Virus record (IMG/VR): IMGVR_UViG_3300028615_000023
Span: 554 to 64,553 of that record
Direction: 5' to 3' (one strand)
Length of the DNA: 64,000 nt
Source: a virus
Lineage: Duplodnaviria; Caudoviricetes
Positions within the stretch are counted from its first letter, which is position 1. Every line of letters begins with the position of its first letter. Shown here in pieces: positions 18,741 to 27,783 of this stretch. Both the position numbers and the translations under genes were made by a program. Below the pieces are notes generated by a model. It did not search any database and was not told where the DNA came from. It was given only the letters and a program-made list of their open reading frames with translations.

Positions 18741-19007
18741 CTATGCCCATTGCAAATCTTCAGGGAGTCCCTGATAGATTTGTTCACACGCTTCTTCGAA
18801 CCTTACCTGCTCTTTCTTAGCTTTCTTCTTCTTAGCATAGAGAATAACCCCGCGATTAAAACAGTAACGAGCTAGGGTCTTCGCTATCTTAAGATATCCC
18901 GGTCTTGAATCACCTATCACTTCTCGTGCTTTCTTTCTATCACCGCTATCCAAATCGAAACCAAGCTTCATAACTTCACTAAAATTCAACTTATCAATAT
19001 TAACCAT
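18741..19007 (-). CDS. conserved hypothetical phage protein
   Basis: C-terminal EEACEQIYQGLPEDLQW. Confidence 0.6.
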   Translation of the reverse strand: MVNIDKLNFSEVMKLGFDLDSGDRKKAREVIGDSRPGYLKIAKTLARYCFNRGVILYAKKKKAKKEQVRFEEACEQIYQGLPEDLQWA

Positions 19008-19115
19008 GCTTGTATCATCTCCTAAGATGCATCAAATAATTCAATCTCATTCATAAGTTTTTAAGAGTTAAGAAGCCCGATAGGTGGTGCACGTGGTTTA
19101 TTAGTCATAAGTGAA

Positions 19116-19316
19116 TCATCTCCTAGCTACTCTTTTCTTCCGTCTCTTCTTTTTAACTATGCGTGTACGCTTAGGTTTCATGCCTTTACGTTCTGCCCAT
19201 TGCTCAAGAGTTAGATTCTCTGAATCCTTCCAACATGGAGAACAGACGCCACTTCGATTAGTAGTTTTACGTCCGCACTTCCACCTACATAGGTCGGTCT
19301 TCTCTCCTCTAGGCAT
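19116..19316 (-). CDS. small basic zinc-finger protein
   Basis: CRWKCG...GVCSPC plus an Arg/Lys tail. Confidence 0.55.
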   Translation of the reverse strand: MPRGEKTDLCRWKCGRKTTNRSGVCSPCWKDSENLTLEQWAERKGMKPKRTRIVKKKRRKKRVARR

Positions 19317-19322
19317 ACGCAG

Positions 19323-19778
19323 TTATCCTCCTAGCTTCTTACCAGTAATGAAAAATCCGTTTCGTTCTATACCACCGTCTGGATAGATAATAACAAGTGG
19401 ATTTCCTGTTTTCCTAGCCATTCTAATAGTGGACCACGTACCGGACCTTACTTCTTCCGTCATAGTATTAGGTGTGCCAATGTATGCATGACACTCCTTA
19501 ACTATGACTTTATTACGTTCATGATATGGACGACGTGGATAGATAACATCCGATTTAGTATCAGCAGCAAACGCAAGATTCTGAGGACGATGAGCAAACG
19601 TTGTATAGTTTCCTAGTGAGGTAGCTATACGGAAACCTTGTTCATCTGCCCCTATACAATCGCCGTGGTGAAACTCAATATCCTCACGCCATATTGAAAT
19701 ACCAACTAGCAACATACGAAGAGCCGCTTGCTGTTTACTAGTCATACCTCTTCTCGAACCAGTGAATCCTACTTTCAT
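19323..19778 (-). CDS. SLOG-family (DprA/YspA-like) nucleotide-binding protein
   Basis: VGFTGSR, HHGDCIGAD, ERNKVIV, RSGTWSTIRMA. Confidence 0.8.
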   Translation of the reverse strand: MKVGFTGSRRGMTSKQQAALRMLLVGISIWREDIEFHHGDCIGADEQGFRIATSLGNYTTFAHRPQNLAFAADTKSDVIYPRRPYHERNKVIVKECHAYIGTPNTMTEEVRSGTWSTIRMARKTGNPLVIIYPDGGIERNGFFITGKKLGG

Positions 19779-19796
19779 ATGCTTCCTCCTCAGTAT

Positions 19797-20174
19797 TCAA
19801 TTACAAACGAACAACACCGCTACGTTAATAAGCGATCCGTCCTTACGTTCGAATATTCGGTTAGAAGTAAAGGCTCTAACCTTCTTACCATCTATAGAAA
19901 CTTTACCTTCCAATTGATAGCCAGACTCACGAACGTTCTGAAGAGTGCGCATACCATAAATTGTTAAAGGCATGCGCGTAGTATCACAATGGTCCTTAGG
20001 AAATGGATGGGAAATTGCAAGCGCACTGTACTTAGTAATAACTTGCCATTGTCCAGTGGTTTCTATTTTACCTCGAAGCTCATCAGTAACACCATTAAGC
20101 TCCGGTATATCTTCGGCTGGATAAGTACAGCTAGGCCACTCGTTAGCATAAACAATCAATTTGTTAGTCTTCAT
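19797..20174 (-). CDS. hypothetical protein
   Basis: Start moved to MKTNK after a GAGG RBS. Confidence 0.55.
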   Translation of the reverse strand: MKTNKLIVYANEWPSCTYPAEDIPELNGVTDELRGKIETTGQWQVITKYSALAISHPFPKDHCDTTRMPLTIYGMRTLQNVRESGYQLEGKVSIDGKKVRAFTSNRIFERKDGSLINVAVLFVCN

Positions 20175-20175
20175 A

Positions 20176-20685
20176 TTAACCTCTTTTCTTGGAAGCATAA
20201 TCGTCGCCTAGCTTCCTGAAAGCCGATGCTAGTTCACGTGTATATTCATCATCCTTCTTAAGCTCTTCCTCTGCCTCCTCGACGAGCTTATCAATAAGCT
20301 TTCTATCTCTCTCCCGTCCATCAATAGCATCGGGAACTAGATCATCAATAGTTCGGTAAACAGTAGCCAATGCATACGCATACCCCATATAGTATCTAGC
20401 TCCTCGATCATCTCCTGAACGAGTAGCTACTATTGCATCACGAAGGTACTTCTTAATATCATCAAGTATACGCTCTTGACGCATAACTCTAGCTGCTATG
20501 AACTTGACTACTTCAGTTCCAAGTTCAATTTTAGTATTGGACTTATCATGAAGAGTAACTGTAATACTTGCACCGTGATACTTAATGATAGGTATATCCG
20601 TTTTGATATCCACAAAAATCTCTCTGGTTCTTCGACGAAAGGTCCCGGTAATCAACTTCGCCTTGCTCACAAGTCTATTTAGCAT
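20176..20685 (-). CDS. hypothetical protein
   Basis: ORF track; AAGGAG RBS. Confidence 0.6.
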   Translation of the reverse strand: MLNRLVSKAKLITGTFRRRTREIFVDIKTDIPIIKYHGASITVTLHDKSNTKIELGTEVVKFIAARVMRQERILDDIKKYLRDAIVATRSGDDRGARYYMGYAYALATVYRTIDDLVPDAIDGRERDRKLIDKLVEEAEEELKKDDEYTRELASAFRKLGDDYASKKRG

Positions 20686-20702
20686 AATAGTCTCCTTCTT
20701 AT

Positions 20703-20909
20703 TTATTCGAAAACAGCATTGAGATTCGTATCATCTAAGTAATCATAACCATCAAGCTTACAGTCACAAGATTTCATTGGATTGTTATCAATTAAAACAT
20801 AACAACCGTAAGCAAGATGATATTTAATAGGATGCTTGCAGTTAGGGCATGGTTCCTCTGCCCTTACAAACTCAAACAAATTATCTTGCTGTTCTTTGTT
20901 CATAAACAT
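20703..20909 (-). CDS. small Cys/His protein
   Basis: CPNCKH...H...C...CDC. Confidence 0.55.
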   Translation of the reverse strand: MFMNKEQQDNLFEFVRAEEPCPNCKHPIKYHLAYGCYVLIDNNPMKSCDCKLDGYDYLDDTNLNAVFE

Positions 20910-20926
20910 TTTTTCCCCGATAGCAG

Positions 20927-21151
20927 TTAATAACCTTCGTGACGCCTAGCTAATGCTTTACGCTTACGTTTTGGAGGAGTAGCTTTATGCGCTACTTTGT
21001 TTGCACGTCTCTCCCTGTAGTCTACTTCAGATTGCAGTCTAGAAAGCTCAGCATAATCCTCAGGTGAGTTCACTGGCTTAGTTTCCATCCATGCAATATG
21101 ATCATTCAGTTTCTTCTTTGCTGCGACCACTTGGTTAAGAAGTGTCTTCAT
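20927..21151 (-). CDS. hypothetical protein
   Basis: ORF track; its stop codon lies inside a repeat copy. Confidence 0.55.
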   Translation of the reverse strand: MKTLLNQVVAAKKKLNDHIAWMETKPVNSPEDYAELSRLQSEVDYRERRANKVAHKATPPKRKRKALARRHEGY

Positions 21152-21155
21152 AAAG

Positions 21156-21302
21156 CTACTCCCCTTCCAGTTCCTTAACTAGCTTGTCCGCATAGGTCCT
21201 GATCTTCTTAAGACCATGAACTGTTTCCTCATATGGTATCATGCCATCGCCAAAGAAGTTATAAATAGCTTTGCATATCTCTTCAGGACTCATTGAACTC
21301 AT
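21156..21302 (-). CDS. 48-aa hypothetical protein
   Basis: Own translation MSSMSPEEICKAII...ELEGE; GAGGAG RBS. Confidence 0.5.
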   Translation of the reverse strand: MSSMSPEEICKAIYNFFGDGMIPYEETVHGLKKIRTYADKLVKELEGE

Positions 21303-21320
21303 AACAATTCTCCTCTTAGG

Positions 21321-21599
21321 TTAAACCTCCAATGCCTGTTCGAACAATCGTTGAACATTAGCAAAGTCTTCATGCATACCTTCGATAACTGCAACTTCCT
21401 CATCCTGAAATAGAACAGTAGCATGCATGCCATCGAGAGCGTCGAGCATCATAGTGAACTCGTTATCAGAGTTAGGAGTTAGTTCACTGTAAGGAACACC
21501 TCGAAACTCAACAACGAAACCGCGACCATCCCTAACTAGCAAGACGCCATCTTCCCCCTGATTAGGTGCGCTAAGGTGAAAAGCTCTGGTCCTTCTCAT
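21321..21599 (-). CDS. hypothetical protein
   Basis: ORF track. Confidence 0.55.
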   Translation of the reverse strand: MRRTRAFHLSAPNQGEDGVLLVRDGRGFVVEFRGVPYSELTPNSDNEFTMMLDALDGMHATVLFQDEEVAVIEGMHEDFANVQRLFEQALEV

Positions 21600-21822
21600 T
21601 ATTATCTACCACCTTCCTAAGTGTCCCATTGGGCAGAAGAACTATACTAAGTTCCTCATAGTCATCAGGACTGTTCTTAAATTGTCTCTTAAGATAATCT
21701 TGCCCACCATCAACAGCTACTCCACAACTGCACTGACGGAAATCATGGCGGTGCAGTGAAAGCAGTACCACTTTACAGGTATTACACTTGATCATATTTA
21801 TTATTATCTTTTCCTCTGGCAT
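21571..21822 (-). CDS. conserved phage zinc-binding protein
   Basis: IKCNTC...S.HRHDFRQCSCGVAVDGG..YLKR; start moved to MPEE. Confidence 0.7.
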   Translation of the reverse strand: MPEEKIIINMIKCNTCKVVLLSLHRHDFRQCSCGVAVDGGQDYLKRQFKNSPDDYEELSIVLLPNGTLRKVVDNNEKDQSFSP

Positions 21823-21823
21823 G

Positions 21824-22228
21824 TTAGCTCTCCTTTGTAGCTTTGACTCTTGCGTAGTCTCCTGAACCTGAGAAGTACCAGCCGTAATATATACGACCAT
21901 TGATAGCTTTGAACCTAATGGACCTACGCTCAGCATTGAATACATGAAACGGAGAACCTAGCACACAATGATGAGCTAAGATATCGCCGGTCCAAGTAGT
22001 TACTTTCCGTTCCTTTTCATTTACATAACAGAAGTAGCGGTCAGGTTTATCATGTATGAATTCATAAACTTCAATAGCTGACCACTCATCGTTAGTAATT
22101 CTTGCATTGGCTGGCACTTCATCAGCATAGTAAGGACCACTATTCAGCGTATGCCAGTCTTGAAACCGCTGCCAACGATCACATAATTCAATGTACCGTG
22201 CCTTTGATATCTTATGAATTGCTAACAT
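21824..22228 (-). CDS. conserved hypothetical phage protein
   Basis: VTTWTG..L...INGRIYYG motif. Confidence 0.6.
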   Translation of the reverse strand: MLAIHKISKARYIELCDRWQRFQDWHTLNSGPYYADEVPANARITNDEWSAIEVYEFIHDKPDRYFCYVNEKERKVTTWTGDILAHHCVLGSPFHVFNAERRSIRFKAINGRIYYGWYFSGSGDYARVKATKES

Positions 22229-22245
22229 GATTCCCCCGATAGCAG

Positions 22246-22407
22246 TTAATAACCTGCTTTCTCAAGTTCCTTTTGAACTTCGTAGTTTTGAAACTCACGA
22301 ACGTCTTTCATCTTCTGCCTATAGTAATAGGCATTGTATAGGAATCGCTCGTAAGAATGATTGAAGTACCGGAAGTTAGGTGTGAACTCTCGCCTTCTTG
22401 TTACCAT
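22246..22407 (-). CDS. hypothetical protein
   Basis: Start moved to MVTRRR after AAAGGAG. Confidence 0.45.
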   Translation of the reverse strand: MVTRRREFTPNFRYFNHSYERFLYNAYYYRQKMKDVREFQNYEVQKELEKAGY

Positions 22408-22532
22408 CTTTCTTGCTCCTTTCTTTCTTAATATGATCACACGGCTGGAGGGCATACGTTAGATTCGAAACTGTTCGAGAAGAAAGAAAGCGATAGTAAT
22501 AATCGCCAACATAATAAACAATACTACATCAA

Positions 22533-22736
22533 TCATGGACACCACCTACATTTATGCTCGTGAGGTTTACAATCTCTACCAAGATAAGGACCGGACTTAT
22601 GAAGTTGAACAGCCCATCCAAGTTCATATCGAACCACGCGCTTAGTATGATCGAAACGTGACTCAGTAATTCTATTCATAATATTCCTGGCTTCCACGTA
22701 AGTAGGATAATAGAAGATTCCATTCTTAACTTTCAT
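22533..22736 (-). CDS. hypothetical protein
   Basis: ATGA overlap with the upstream gene; GWAVQ...SGPY. Confidence 0.55.
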   Translation of the reverse strand: MKVKNGIFYYPTYVEARNIMNRITESRFDHTKRVVRYELGWAVQLHKSGPYLGRDCKPHEHKCRWCP

Positions 22737-23965
22737 GCGGCCACCTCCGCTATTACTTTTGCTTTAGTAGGACGTGATGCAAACGCGAACGTCTCATCAC
22801 GGTCAGAACGTTTTAGTAAAGCTTCAAACTCTACTGTGTCGCCTTCGTTAAGTGTATGATGATTTATGTTACTAGGAATGGTGGACCATACGCGGAAGCC
22901 GCGCGGATCTTCAACCGTCATTTTCCAAACGTCACCATACATGGATGAGTTACATTTAATCTTAAGAACCTTGCCACTAACCTTGACTCTTTCACCGATA
23001 GGCGCGGGCATTGACGGTTTACCTTTGCGTTCTTCTTCTTTCCTCTTCTTAGTTTCCTCCTTTTCCATGGCGCGATCATAAGCGCGAGGTGCGCTTACTA
23101 TTAAACCCCAATGCTTAAGACTAGTAACTTCATCTCTTACAAACAGAACCTTAAGATTATGGAGGTAATCATTGCCTCTGGTATCGAGATTACGTACCCA
23201 CTCGATAACATCGGCGGCTTTCTTATTAAGCTTCTCTCGATACTCCTTATCAACCGGAGCATTGATCTTCTCTCGAAGCTCCTTACCATATTTGTCAGAA
23301 CAGAAAAGGTAGTCCTGACAAACATACTTAGTAGGCTGATCAAAGTCGTTTGTTGTAGGTACGAAGCCAAGGCGTTCGATAATAAGCACAGCAACCTCAA
23401 CAACCACTTGCAGTGGCATTATGGGATCACCATGACGGCCACCATTATATTCATCATCACCCATGGCCCCGATAGCAGTTAACAAACCGTAAAACTTAAA
23501 TTTGTTAATAACAGATTCAGGCGAATCTGTACCTAGGAAATCTCGCAAGCAAGTACGTCCAACCTGCTTGAAGGTTCTACCCTTCTTAACTATGAACACG
23601 TCTTTACGCTGTCGGTTGTGTCCACAGTGGTCACACTTATCAGTAGTGTTACGATACTTACTAGGTAGAGCATCCTCCTGACCGGGAACATGATGCAACA
23701 AACAGTCTTTATTAACAAACTCGATACGTGCTAGAAACTCCCATCCTTCCAACATAACAGGAGCATCGGAAACCTCAACGTCGATTAGCACACGTTCGAT
23801 TTTAACTGTCTCCCCGGTAACTGGAGAATACTTCTCAAGAAAAACACTATAAGGCTCTCCGAACGAATACGTTATCTCACACCCAAGCTTCGAGCCTTTG
23901 GCAGCTAGCTTAGCAAGCGCAATCTCAGCAGCGGACTTGAACATCTCTTTAATAGTAACTTTCAT
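22733..23965 (-). CDS. conserved phage protein with zinc-binding motif and C-terminal OB-fold-like domain
   Basis: GWEFLARIE, CDHCGHNRQR, QVGRTCLRDFLG; C-terminal GERVKVSGKV...GD.VEF.A. Confidence 0.7.
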   Translation of the reverse strand: MKVTIKEMFKSAAEIALAKLAAKGSKLGCEITYSFGEPYSVFLEKYSPVTGETVKIERVLIDVEVSDAPVMLEGWEFLARIEFVNKDCLLHHVPGQEDALPSKYRNTTDKCDHCGHNRQRKDVFIVKKGRTFKQVGRTCLRDFLGTDSPESVINKFKFYGLLTAIGAMGDDEYNGGRHGDPIMPLQVVVEVAVLIIERLGFVPTTNDFDQPTKYVCQDYLFCSDKYGKELREKINAPVDKEYREKLNKKAADVIEWVRNLDTRGNDYLHNLKVLFVRDEVTSLKHWGLIVSAPRAYDRAMEKEETKKRKEEERKGKPSMPAPIGERVKVSGKVLKIKCNSSMYGDVWKMTVEDPRGFRVWSTIPSNINHHTLNEGDTVEFEALLKRSDRDETFAFASRPTKAKVIAEVAA

Positions 23966-23995
23966 TCGCTTCCCCCCTCCGATAAGGTAGTTAAG

Positions 23996-24325
23996 TTACA
24001 GTCTGCCCTCAGTGTTAAGAATTATTTCTGCATCGAACACGTCTTCAGATGTTCCATTTATGAATTCATGATTACCTAACAACTTCAGAACAAAGTGCTC
24101 GGCTGGATAGTAGCTCTTGAGTCCTGAGTAACGGGACCCAGGATTTTCAGAGTAACCTTTACGAGTTACTAGCAAGGTATTGCGCCGCTCATCATAAGCT
24201 CGCAATCTTACCTCCCCCACTTCGCCACTAAACTCAACGTGACTTGTGGACTTGTTAAAGTTAAGAAGTTTCATATTAGGTTTGATTGAACCATCCTCAA
24301 ATCTACAGTGCTTACATAGTGCCAT
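23996..24325 (-). CDS. hypothetical protein
   Basis: ORF flanked by degenerate repeat copies. Confidence 0.55.
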   Translation of the reverse strand: MALCKHCRFEDGSIKPNMKLLNFNKSTSHVEFSGEVGEVRLRAYDERRNTLLVTRKGYSENPGSRYSGLKSYYPAEHFVLKLLGNHEFINGTSEDVFDAEIILNTEGRL

Positions 24326-24349
24326 GAGCTTTTCCTCCCCGATAGAAAA

Positions 24350-24802
24350 TTAGTTTCTACCTGCGAACTCTGGATAGTGACAAACGTGAGTGTGACCATC
24401 TTCCTTAGTTGGGACGGCTAGCGTATCCCAAGACGGCTCAAGTTCAGGATGCTTTTTACAGTAGTCACAATTACAACCTCCGCACGGCCTACGCAGTTCA
24501 GAAGGCAGTGATACGAAAATTACATCTGAGTTTTTTCTAACTTGTGTATGCCTACCATTCATGTTCCCGTGCTTAGGACTCGACTTCTTAATAGCTTCAG
24601 TAACAGCAGGAGGTTTAATAGGTCTCGGCTCCATAACGGCTTGCAAGATTTTATCATTCCACTCTGCCATTTGTTGCGCCATGCTAAGAAGTAGCTGCTC
24701 GATTTCGTTTGGACTGGAAGAGTAATACTCTGCAATGCGCTCGATGCTCTCGCCTTCCATAACCATGTTCACAATGTCACTACGCTCTACTTTTGTAAAC
24801 AT
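24350..24802 (-). CDS. hypothetical protein (N-terminal HTH-like, C-terminal Cys motif)
   Basis: GESIERIAEYY; GGCNCDYC...WDTLAV...CHYP. Confidence 0.55.
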   Translation of the reverse strand: MFTKVERSDIVNMVMEGESIERIAEYYSSSPNEIEQLLLSMAQQMAEWNDKILQAVMEPRPIKPPAVTEAIKKSSPKHGNMNGRHTQVRKNSDVIFVSLPSELRRPCGGCNCDYCKKHPELEPSWDTLAVPTKEDGHTHVCHYPEFAGRN

Positions 24803-24811
24803 AAGAACCTC

Positions 24812-25207
24812 CTAATTATCTATGTCGCTATAAGTATACTGTTTAGTAAGCCACTCATAGAAACAGTTATCTATGTAGCTTTTTATGCCTTCGTAATTAC
24901 TACCAGTGACTTTTACAACAAAGTCTTCTGAAAGACTCGCTGTTATAATAACATCGTGATAGGTCCACTTAACATACATACCTTCTTCATTCATATGATG
25001 GAAGGCAGTATGAAAGACTAGTTTCTTGTGGTTGCTATTCACCTCATCAAGTTGAGTTCCATTGTCAAAGCCTGAACCGGAAGGAGCTTCTGACATTAGC
25101 TTCTTAATTCTCTTATCGAAGTTCTCAACCCATGTTCCATTGCCTTCCTTAATTGCGTTCTTCTTATCATCAACGTTCTGAGCAAGTCCAGTATAAATGT
25201 ATGGCAT
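24812..25207 (-). CDS. conserved hypothetical phage protein
   Basis: PSGSGFDNG...FHHMNEEGMY motif. Confidence 0.65.
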   Translation of the reverse strand: MPYIYTGLAQNVDDKKNAIKEGNGTWVENFDKRIKKLMSEAPSGSGFDNGTQLDEVNSNHKKLVFHTAFHHMNEEGMYVKWTYHDVIITASLSEDFVVKVTGSNYEGIKSYIDNCFYEWLTKQYTYSDIDN

Positions 25208-25241
25208 GCGCGTTTCCTCCCCGATAGCAGTTAATAATCTT

Positions 25242-25691
25242 TTACTTAGTTAGTTTCGCGTTCATCTCTTCAACACGAGAAAGCTTATCAATAAGAGACT
25301 CAATCCTTTCCCTAGTTGATCTAGTTGAGCATGCGAACATATTATGTTTAGTATGCTCAAGTGCTGTCCTCATTAGGTGAACTTCCAATGGAGAGAACCG
25401 ATGCTCCTCAGTTGGTTTCCTAGTTTGGTAACAGTGGTACACACCTTCGTCTCGCAAAACTATAAAGCACTCCTCAATACCTCCTGCTGTTATTTGGTGT
25501 GCGTATCGAATCACAGTGCTCCGTCTCTTTGCCGTCCAGTCACACGCCTTTCCATTGTTAGGGTTTATGCTTCTAGGAGTTCCATCTTTGTTAAGAATGA
25601 AACCGGCATAACCATACTGCCACATACCATCAATTGACTTATGAGGTTCACAACCGACAGCCAAGTCCATATGAAATTCATAACGTGCCAT
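25242..25691 (-). CDS. hypothetical protein
   Basis: Start MARYEF lies within a repeat/RBS unit. Confidence 0.6.
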   Translation of the reverse strand: MARYEFHMDLAVGCEPHKSIDGMWQYGYAGFILNKDGTPRSINPNNGKACDWTAKRRSTVIRYAHQITAGGIEECFIVLRDEGVYHCYQTRKPTEEHRFSPLEVHLMRTALEHTKHNMFACSTRSTRERIESLIDKLSRVEEMNAKLTK

Positions 25692-25724
25692 GCGCTTTAC
25701 CTCCCCGATAGCAGTTAACAACCT

Positions 25725-26087
25725 TCAAACACTTTTTCTACTTTTCACTTCTCCGTTAATGCAAATACGGCTATGATAATCCTTCAATAAAGCCACTTCA
25801 CTAGGTGTTAGTATACGACATTCACTAGGATGCCATGCTACTTCATGATGAAGCTTCTTATCTTTTAGACCATACGTTCCTACTCCCCGTACCATACATA
25901 AACAATGCAACTTAACCGGCAAACCATAATCTTCTATCTCACCATGGTCCAAGAATTCTACCTTACTAATCGGAATAACTATTCCGAAAGAGTGAGCCAT
26001 TCAAGCAAATCCATCTTTAAACTCACTCTTTCTACGTAATACATAACGGCCAACGTATTTCTTAAATGTGCTCTCACGTATTGCCAT
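25725..26087 (-). CDS. 120-aa protein with in-frame UGA at codon 29 (candidate selenoprotein or readthrough)
   Basis: ATG 26087 in a repeat/RBS unit; TGA 26001-26003 is in frame with ORF 25725-26000; hairpin at 25970-25987. Confidence 0.5.
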
Positions 26088-26118
26088 GCGCTTTACCCCC
26101 CGATAGCAGTTAACAAAC

Positions 26119-26334
26119 TTACAAACTAAGTTTGTCTAGGTCGGCTTCAGTTACATAATCGTAACTGTATAAACCACGCTTAACCGGAACTCTCACACGT
26201 TCAGGACTACGTTTCCATACCTTAGGCTGGCCATTTACTCTCCATCGTCGCGGAGTACCGTCTGCGTTCTGAGCATCGACTTGATGGAGAATATCTCCGG
26301 GCTTCAGGTTCTTAGCTTGTTCCAATGTTATCAT
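26119..26334 (-). CDS. conserved small phage protein
   Basis: RWRVNG..KVWKRSP..VRVPVK.GLY. Confidence 0.65.
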   Translation of the reverse strand: MITLEQAKNLKPGDILHQVDAQNADGTPRRWRVNGQPKVWKRSPERVRVPVKRGLYSYDYVTEADLDKLSL

Positions 26335-26346
26335 TAGTATTTCCTC

Positions 26347-26604
26347 CTAAACTTTTGCATAACGACCGTCTGAACCTTTGCTAACTTCAAACCGAAGTTT
26401 AACAGCCGACTTGATAGTAACTTCCCGTTTAGTAATCATATTGACGCCAGCCATGCGCGTCGTTTCCCGATAGGTTATACGACCGGCAAACTGATCATAA
26501 CTAGGAATCGACTTCTTAGCTATGCGAACTATCTTTACTGGAACCAGACGACCGGAAATCTTAGCTGCGTAAATCTTACCTTCAACTACTTCGTTAAGCT
26601 TCAT
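26347..26604 (-). CDS. conserved small phage protein
   Basis: GKIYAAKISGRLVPV...N..T.REV.IKSA.KLR. Confidence 0.65.
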   Translation of the reverse strand: MKLNEVVEGKIYAAKISGRLVPVKIVRIAKKSIPSYDQFAGRITYRETTRMAGVNMITKREVTIKSAVKLRFEVSKGSDGRYAKV

Positions 26605-26627
26605 AACTTTTCCCTCCCAATAGGTAA

Positions 26628-26810
26628 CTAACCTGCTTTATGTAGTTCCTTCCATTGCTCCATAGCTAGCATGCCTTCAATGAATGATTCAGCATCTCTG
26701 AGAGAAGAAAGAAACTTGCTTTTTTCATCTCCATAACTAACGCACCAACCCTTAAGGCCACCGTTTACAAATACTGGTTTAATCGTTAGTGTATCCTTAA
26801 TGTTAATCAT
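26628..26810 (-). CDS. hypothetical protein
   Basis: Start moved to MINIK after GAGGAG. Confidence 0.5.
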   Translation of the reverse strand: MINIKDTLTIKPVFVNGGLKGWCVSYGDEKSKFLSSLRDAESFIEGMLAMEQWKELHKAG

Positions 26811-26866
26811 GATTTTTGTCTCCTCGGCTATTGCTTGTTTGAGATACAGCACACATTTTCTTAGGT

Positions 26867-27076
26867 TTAGTCATCTATGCATTCCTCCTTTTCGAAAACC
26901 GCCTCATAGAAGCGCTCTGCACTGAATTGCGGGTTGTCTTCGGACAGCGCGTCCACGACAGCATGATAAGCGCAAAGAAATCCATTGTCCGATTTGAGAT
27001 CAAAATCTGTATGATGTAAACGAATGTAGGCGTCGTGGAGCTTACTTGCTATTAACTGGTAATCCTTTTTATGCAT
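26867..27076 (-). CDS. conserved small phage protein
   Basis: MHKKDYQLIA...DNPQFSAERFYEA. Confidence 0.65.
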   Translation of the reverse strand: MHKKDYQLIASKLHDAYIRLHHTDFDLKSDNGFLCAYHAVVDALSEDNPQFSAERFYEAVFEKEECIDD

Positions 27077-27131
27077 TCTTTTTTTTCTCCCGATAGGAAA
27101 TAACAAACTCCCCGATAGGAAATAACAAACT

Positions 27132-27299
27132 TTAGAACACCTCAACTATAGGTTCAAGGCAGTTCTCACAAGTATGGTCGTCGCGACAGTACTCGAAAAA
27201 GATAGGAGTGACGGACTCACTATTACGATTGCCATCGAAGCAATCTAAACAGTAGATAGCATCGTCTTCTGCATAACCTACAACTTCAGATATGTTCAT
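27132..27299 (-). CDS. small zinc-binding protein
   Basis: VGYA..DAIYCLDC...PIF...TCENC. Confidence 0.6.
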   Translation of the reverse strand: MNISEVVGYAEDDAIYCLDCFDGNRNSESVTPIFFEYCRDDHTCENCLEPIVEVF

Positions 27300-27371
27300 A
27301 CCCATTCCCTTCTTATTTGTTAGGGGGAGGCGTCGAGCCTCCCCGATAGGAAATAACAAACGCTTACTTAA

Positions 27372-27551
27372 CTATGCCCACGACCTCCACTTGATCCCAT
27401 ACTTATCCGCGAGTTCATCAACATCATCCCTAGACAAACACTCATTCACTACTGCCTGAGATAGGATTACTCCTAACTCTTCTTCAGTAACATTGTCTGC
27501 AATGATATCGAAGAACTCAACTGGTACTATAATCTTTTGTTCCATGTTCAT
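27372..27551 (-). CDS. 59-aa acidic hypothetical protein
   Basis: Own translation MNMEQKIIVPVEFF...WRSWA; AAAGGAG RBS. Confidence 0.5.
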   Translation of the reverse strand: MNMEQKIIVPVEFFDIIADNVTEEELGVILSQAVVNECLSRDDVDELADKYGIKWRSWA

Positions 27552-27565
27552 AACTCCTTTCTTAG

Positions 27566-27751
27566 TTAAAGACAGAACTCCTCATGACATAGCGGACACT
27601 GCCAATCGTATCCGCCTCCACTTAATAAGAACGCTGCGCCATGATGCTGTAACGGATCACTAGCAAGCGGGCAATCCTCCGGCGAGTACTGTCCCACTTG
27701 AGCTTCCGCTTCCTGTAGAAGCTCACTTAACATATGTTGTAAGTCTGCCAT
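27566..27751 (-). CDS. small hypothetical protein
   Basis: Start MADL lies in a repeat/RBS unit; CP...H...CPLC. Confidence 0.55.
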   Translation of the reverse strand: MADLQHMLSELLQEAEAQVGQYSPEDCPLASDPLQHHGAAFLLSGGGYDWQCPLCHEEFCL

Positions 27752-27783
27752 GCGCGTTTCCCTCCCGATAGCAGTTAAGAAAC

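Noticed and set aside
19778-19799. TGA of 19797-20174 is in frame with the SLOG gene (possible readthrough fusion)
   Set aside because: The SLOG gene has its own strong AGGAGG RBS and a complete N-terminus, and no downstream hairpin was seen.
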